Position numbers and translations under genes: made by a program
Shown: positions 61,979 through 64,000 of the stretch, one piece after another
How the letters are laid out: each line of letters opens with the position of its first letter
How positions within the stretch are numbered: position 1 is the first letter of the stretch
NCBI GenBank assembly: GCA_004299705.1
Contig: SCQS01000061.1
Coordinates: forward strand, 32,420-96,419
Source: Rhodanobacteraceae bacterium
GTDB taxonomy: Bacteria > Pseudomonadota > Gammaproteobacteria > Xanthomonadales > Rhodanobacteraceae
Direction of reading: 5' to 3'
Length of the DNA: 64,000 bases
The notes under the pieces: generated by a model
Told to the model about the DNA's origin: nothing
The model's database searches: none
What the model saw: only the letters and a program-made list of their open reading frames with translations

Positions 61979-64000
61979 ATGCACTTGAAAGCCTTGTTCC
62001 TGGCCACGACGGCCGCACTGGGCGCAGGCATCCCGTTGGCCGCGGCGCTGGCCCAGGGAGCCCCGCAGACCACGCAAAATGGATCGGCGGCGGCCGGCAA
62101 CGCCAAGCCTGCAAGCCCCAAGACACTCGACACCATCCACGTGATCGCAACGCTGGATCGATCACGCAACGCGCTGTCGCCCGATACCGGCACCAGCGAA
62201 ACCCTGTTCACCCAGCAGACCCTGCAGCAGATGCCGCAGGGCGACAACGCGCCGCTGAACCAGGTGCTGTTGCAGGCGCCCGGCGTGGTGCAGGATTCGT
62301 TCGGGCAACTGCACGTGCGCGGCAACCACGGCAACCTGCAATACCGCATCAACGGCATCATCATTCCCGAAAGCATCAGCGGCTTCGGCCAGACGCTGGA
62401 CACGCGCGCGATCGAGTCGATGCAATTCCTGACCGGCGCGCTGCCGGCGCAATACGGCTACCGCACCGCCGGCGTGGTCAACATCACCACCAAGAACGGC
62501 GCGCAACTCGGCAACGGCGGCAACTTCACCTTGTACGGCGGCTCGTTCGGCACCTTCAACCCCAGCTTCGAACTCCACGGCGATGAGGGGCGCTGGTCGT
62601 ATTACCTGACCGCGAATTTCCTCCGGAACAACATCGGCATCCAGAATCCGACGCCGTCGCGCAACGCCATCCACGACCATACCGACCAGTTGCAGTCGTT
62701 CGGTTACGTGTCGTACCTGATCGACTCGACCACCCGCGCCGGTTTCTATTTCGGCACCGCGGACAACCGCTTCCAGATTCCGGACAATCCCGGCCAGCAG
62801 CCCGGATTCGCTTACGGCGACATCACGGATTTCAACTCGGCGGACTTGAACGAGAACCAGCGCGAGGTCACGCGCTTCGGCATCTTCAGCCTGCAGGGGC
62901 ACTCGGAAGCCCTGCAGACCGATTACCAGATCGCGATCGGCCAGCGCTTCAGCAGCATCGATTTCCAGCCCGATCCGATCGGCGACCTGATGTTCAACGG
63001 CGTCGCCTCCACGATCGGCAACCGCAACCGCGCCAACACCCTGCAGGCCGATTTCTCGACCCCGATCGGTGATGCACACCTGTTGCGCTATGGGCTGTTC
63101 GTCGAGCAGCAACGGGCCATCGCCAACAACAGTTCGCTGGTATTCCCGGCCGATGCGGACGGCAACCAGACCTCCACGATCCCGTTCACGATCGTCGATG
63201 ACCACGCCAAGATCGCGCATCTCTACGGTGCGTACGTGCAGGACCAGTGGCAGGTCGCCGACAACCTGGTGGTCAACTACGGCCTGCGCGCGGATCGCGT
63301 CAGCGCCTACGTGCACGAAGGCCAGGTCAGCCCGCGTCTCGGCATGGTCTGGAACGTGACGCCGAATACGACCTTGCATGCCGGGTATTCACGCTACTTC
63401 ACGCCGCCCGACACCGAGCTGATCTCGCCCACCGACATCGCGCTGTTCCAGGGCACCACCAACCAGGTGCGCAGCGAGGTCAATACCGAGGTGAAGTCTG
63501 AACGTTCGAACTATTACGACGTGGGCGTGCAGCAACAGGTCGGCAGGTACCTGACGCTGGGACTCGATGGTTACTACAGCGAGGTCACCGACCTGCAGGA
63601 CGAGGGCCAGTTCGGCGCGGCGCTGGTGTACTCGCCGTTCAACTACGCGCGCGGACGTGTGCGCGGCATCGAATTTTCGGCCAACTACCAGCGCGGCGCG
63701 TGGAGCGCGTACTTCAACCTCGCGCAGAGCCGCGCGATGGGCAAGGACGTTGTCTCCGACCAGTTCAATTTCGATCCGCAGGAGCTGGCTTACATCGCCA
63801 GTCATTGGGTGCACCTGGACCACGACCAGAAACTCGCGGCCTCGGGTGGGGTGAATTACGCGATCGATGCCGATACCCGCGTGGGTGCGGATTTCCTGTA
63901 CGGCAGCGGCTTGCGTCGCGGTTTCGCCAACACCAGTTCGCTGCCTTCGTATTTCCAGTTGAACCTGAGCCTGGAACACGGCTTCAGGCTGCCGGGCTTC
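61979..64000 (+). CDS. TonB-dependent receptor (3'-truncated by the window end)
   Basis: Not in the ORF track because it has no stop codon. My own translation from the ATG at 61979 gives MHLKALFLATTAALGAGIPLAAALAQG... then the plug domain DTIHVIA, NAPLNQVLLQAPGVVQDSFGQLHVRGNHGNLQYRINGI and LTGALPAQYGYRTAGVVNITTK. The frame stays open to 64000. Confidence 0.85.
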   Translation, partial: MHLKALFLATTAALGAGIPLAAALAQGAPQTTQNGSAAAGNAKPASPKTLDTIHVIATLDRSRNALSPDTGTSETLFTQQTLQQMPQGDNAPLNQVLLQAPGVVQDSFGQLHVRGNHGNLQYRINGIIIPESISGFGQTLDTRAIESMQFLTGALPAQYGYRTAGVVNITTKNGAQLGNGGNFTLYGGSFGTFNPSFELHGDEGRWSYYLTANFLRNNIGIQNPTPSRNAIHDHTDQLQSFGYVSYLIDSTTRAGFYFGTADNRFQIPDNPGQQPGFAYGDITDFNSADLNENQREVTRFGIFSLQGHSEALQTDYQIAIGQRFSSIDFQPDPIGDLMFNGVASTIGNRNRANTLQADFSTPIGDAHLLRYGLFVEQQRAIANNSSLVFPADADGNQTSTIPFTIVDDHAKIAHLYGAYVQDQWQVADNLVVNYGLRADRVSAYVHEGQVSPRLGMVWNVTPNTTLHAGYSRYFTPPDTELISPTDIALFQGTTNQVRSEVNTEVKSERSNYYDVGVQQQVGRYLTLGLDGYYSEVTDLQDEGQFGAALVYSPFNYARGRVRGIEFSANYQRGAWSAYFNLAQSRAMGKDVVSDQFNFDPQELAYIASHWVHLDHDQKLAASGGVNYAIDADTRVGADFLYGSGLRRGFANTSSLPSYFQLNLSLEHGFRLPGF

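Noticed and set aside
62162-63379. 405-aa ORF on the minus strand
   Set aside because: It is antisense to the TonB-dependent receptor frame, which has clear plug-domain motifs and stays open to the window end.
1-64000. Mobile genetic element boundaries (transposase, integrase, tRNA-attached island, prophage)
   Set aside because: No transposase, integrase, recombinase or phage structural gene, and no tRNA, is recognisable in any frame. The accessory regions are delimited only by REP-type repeats and composition shifts.

Overview
High-GC (roughly 65-68% by eye) gammaproteobacterial chromosomal segment. Gene content and REP-type palindromes suggest Xanthomonadales/Rhodanobacteraceae, but this is inference only. 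I support about 49 protein-coding genes and found no rRNA, tRNA, CRISPR array, transposase or integrase. Housekeeping and accessory content: secreted glycosidases and galM (0-6 kb), S9 peptidase, dxs, a ClC channel, GNAT, acyl-CoA dehydrogenase, modABC, PAP2/PEBP/DUF488/SET genes, an EF-G paralog, nudE-cysQ-mazG and two two-component systems. There is also a metal/drug efflux supercluster (42-61.5 kb: DMT, CDF, CusRS-like pair, two tripartite RND pumps, OprB porin) and a 3'-truncated TonB-dependent receptor. The standout is a co-directional minus-strand accessory cluster at 13.9-23.0 kb. It holds two paralogous modules, each with a membrane-anchored TIR-TM-TPR protein, a small cytoplasmic protein and a small secreted protein. 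These are followed by a gene encoding a SLOG-like nucleotide-sensor domain fused to two 2-TM SLATT-like modules. This reads as Thoeris-like logic (TIR signal generator plus SLOG-gated effector) with non-canonical sensor and effector parts. The cluster also carries long G/C homopolymer tracts, one of which breaks a reading frame, conserved 5' leaders, and REP hairpins at the module borders. Several REP/MITE-like palindromic repeat families populate the intergenic regions, and one copy sits in frame inside mazG. Many long ORFs in the six-frame track are antisense artefacts of the high GC content and were rejected.
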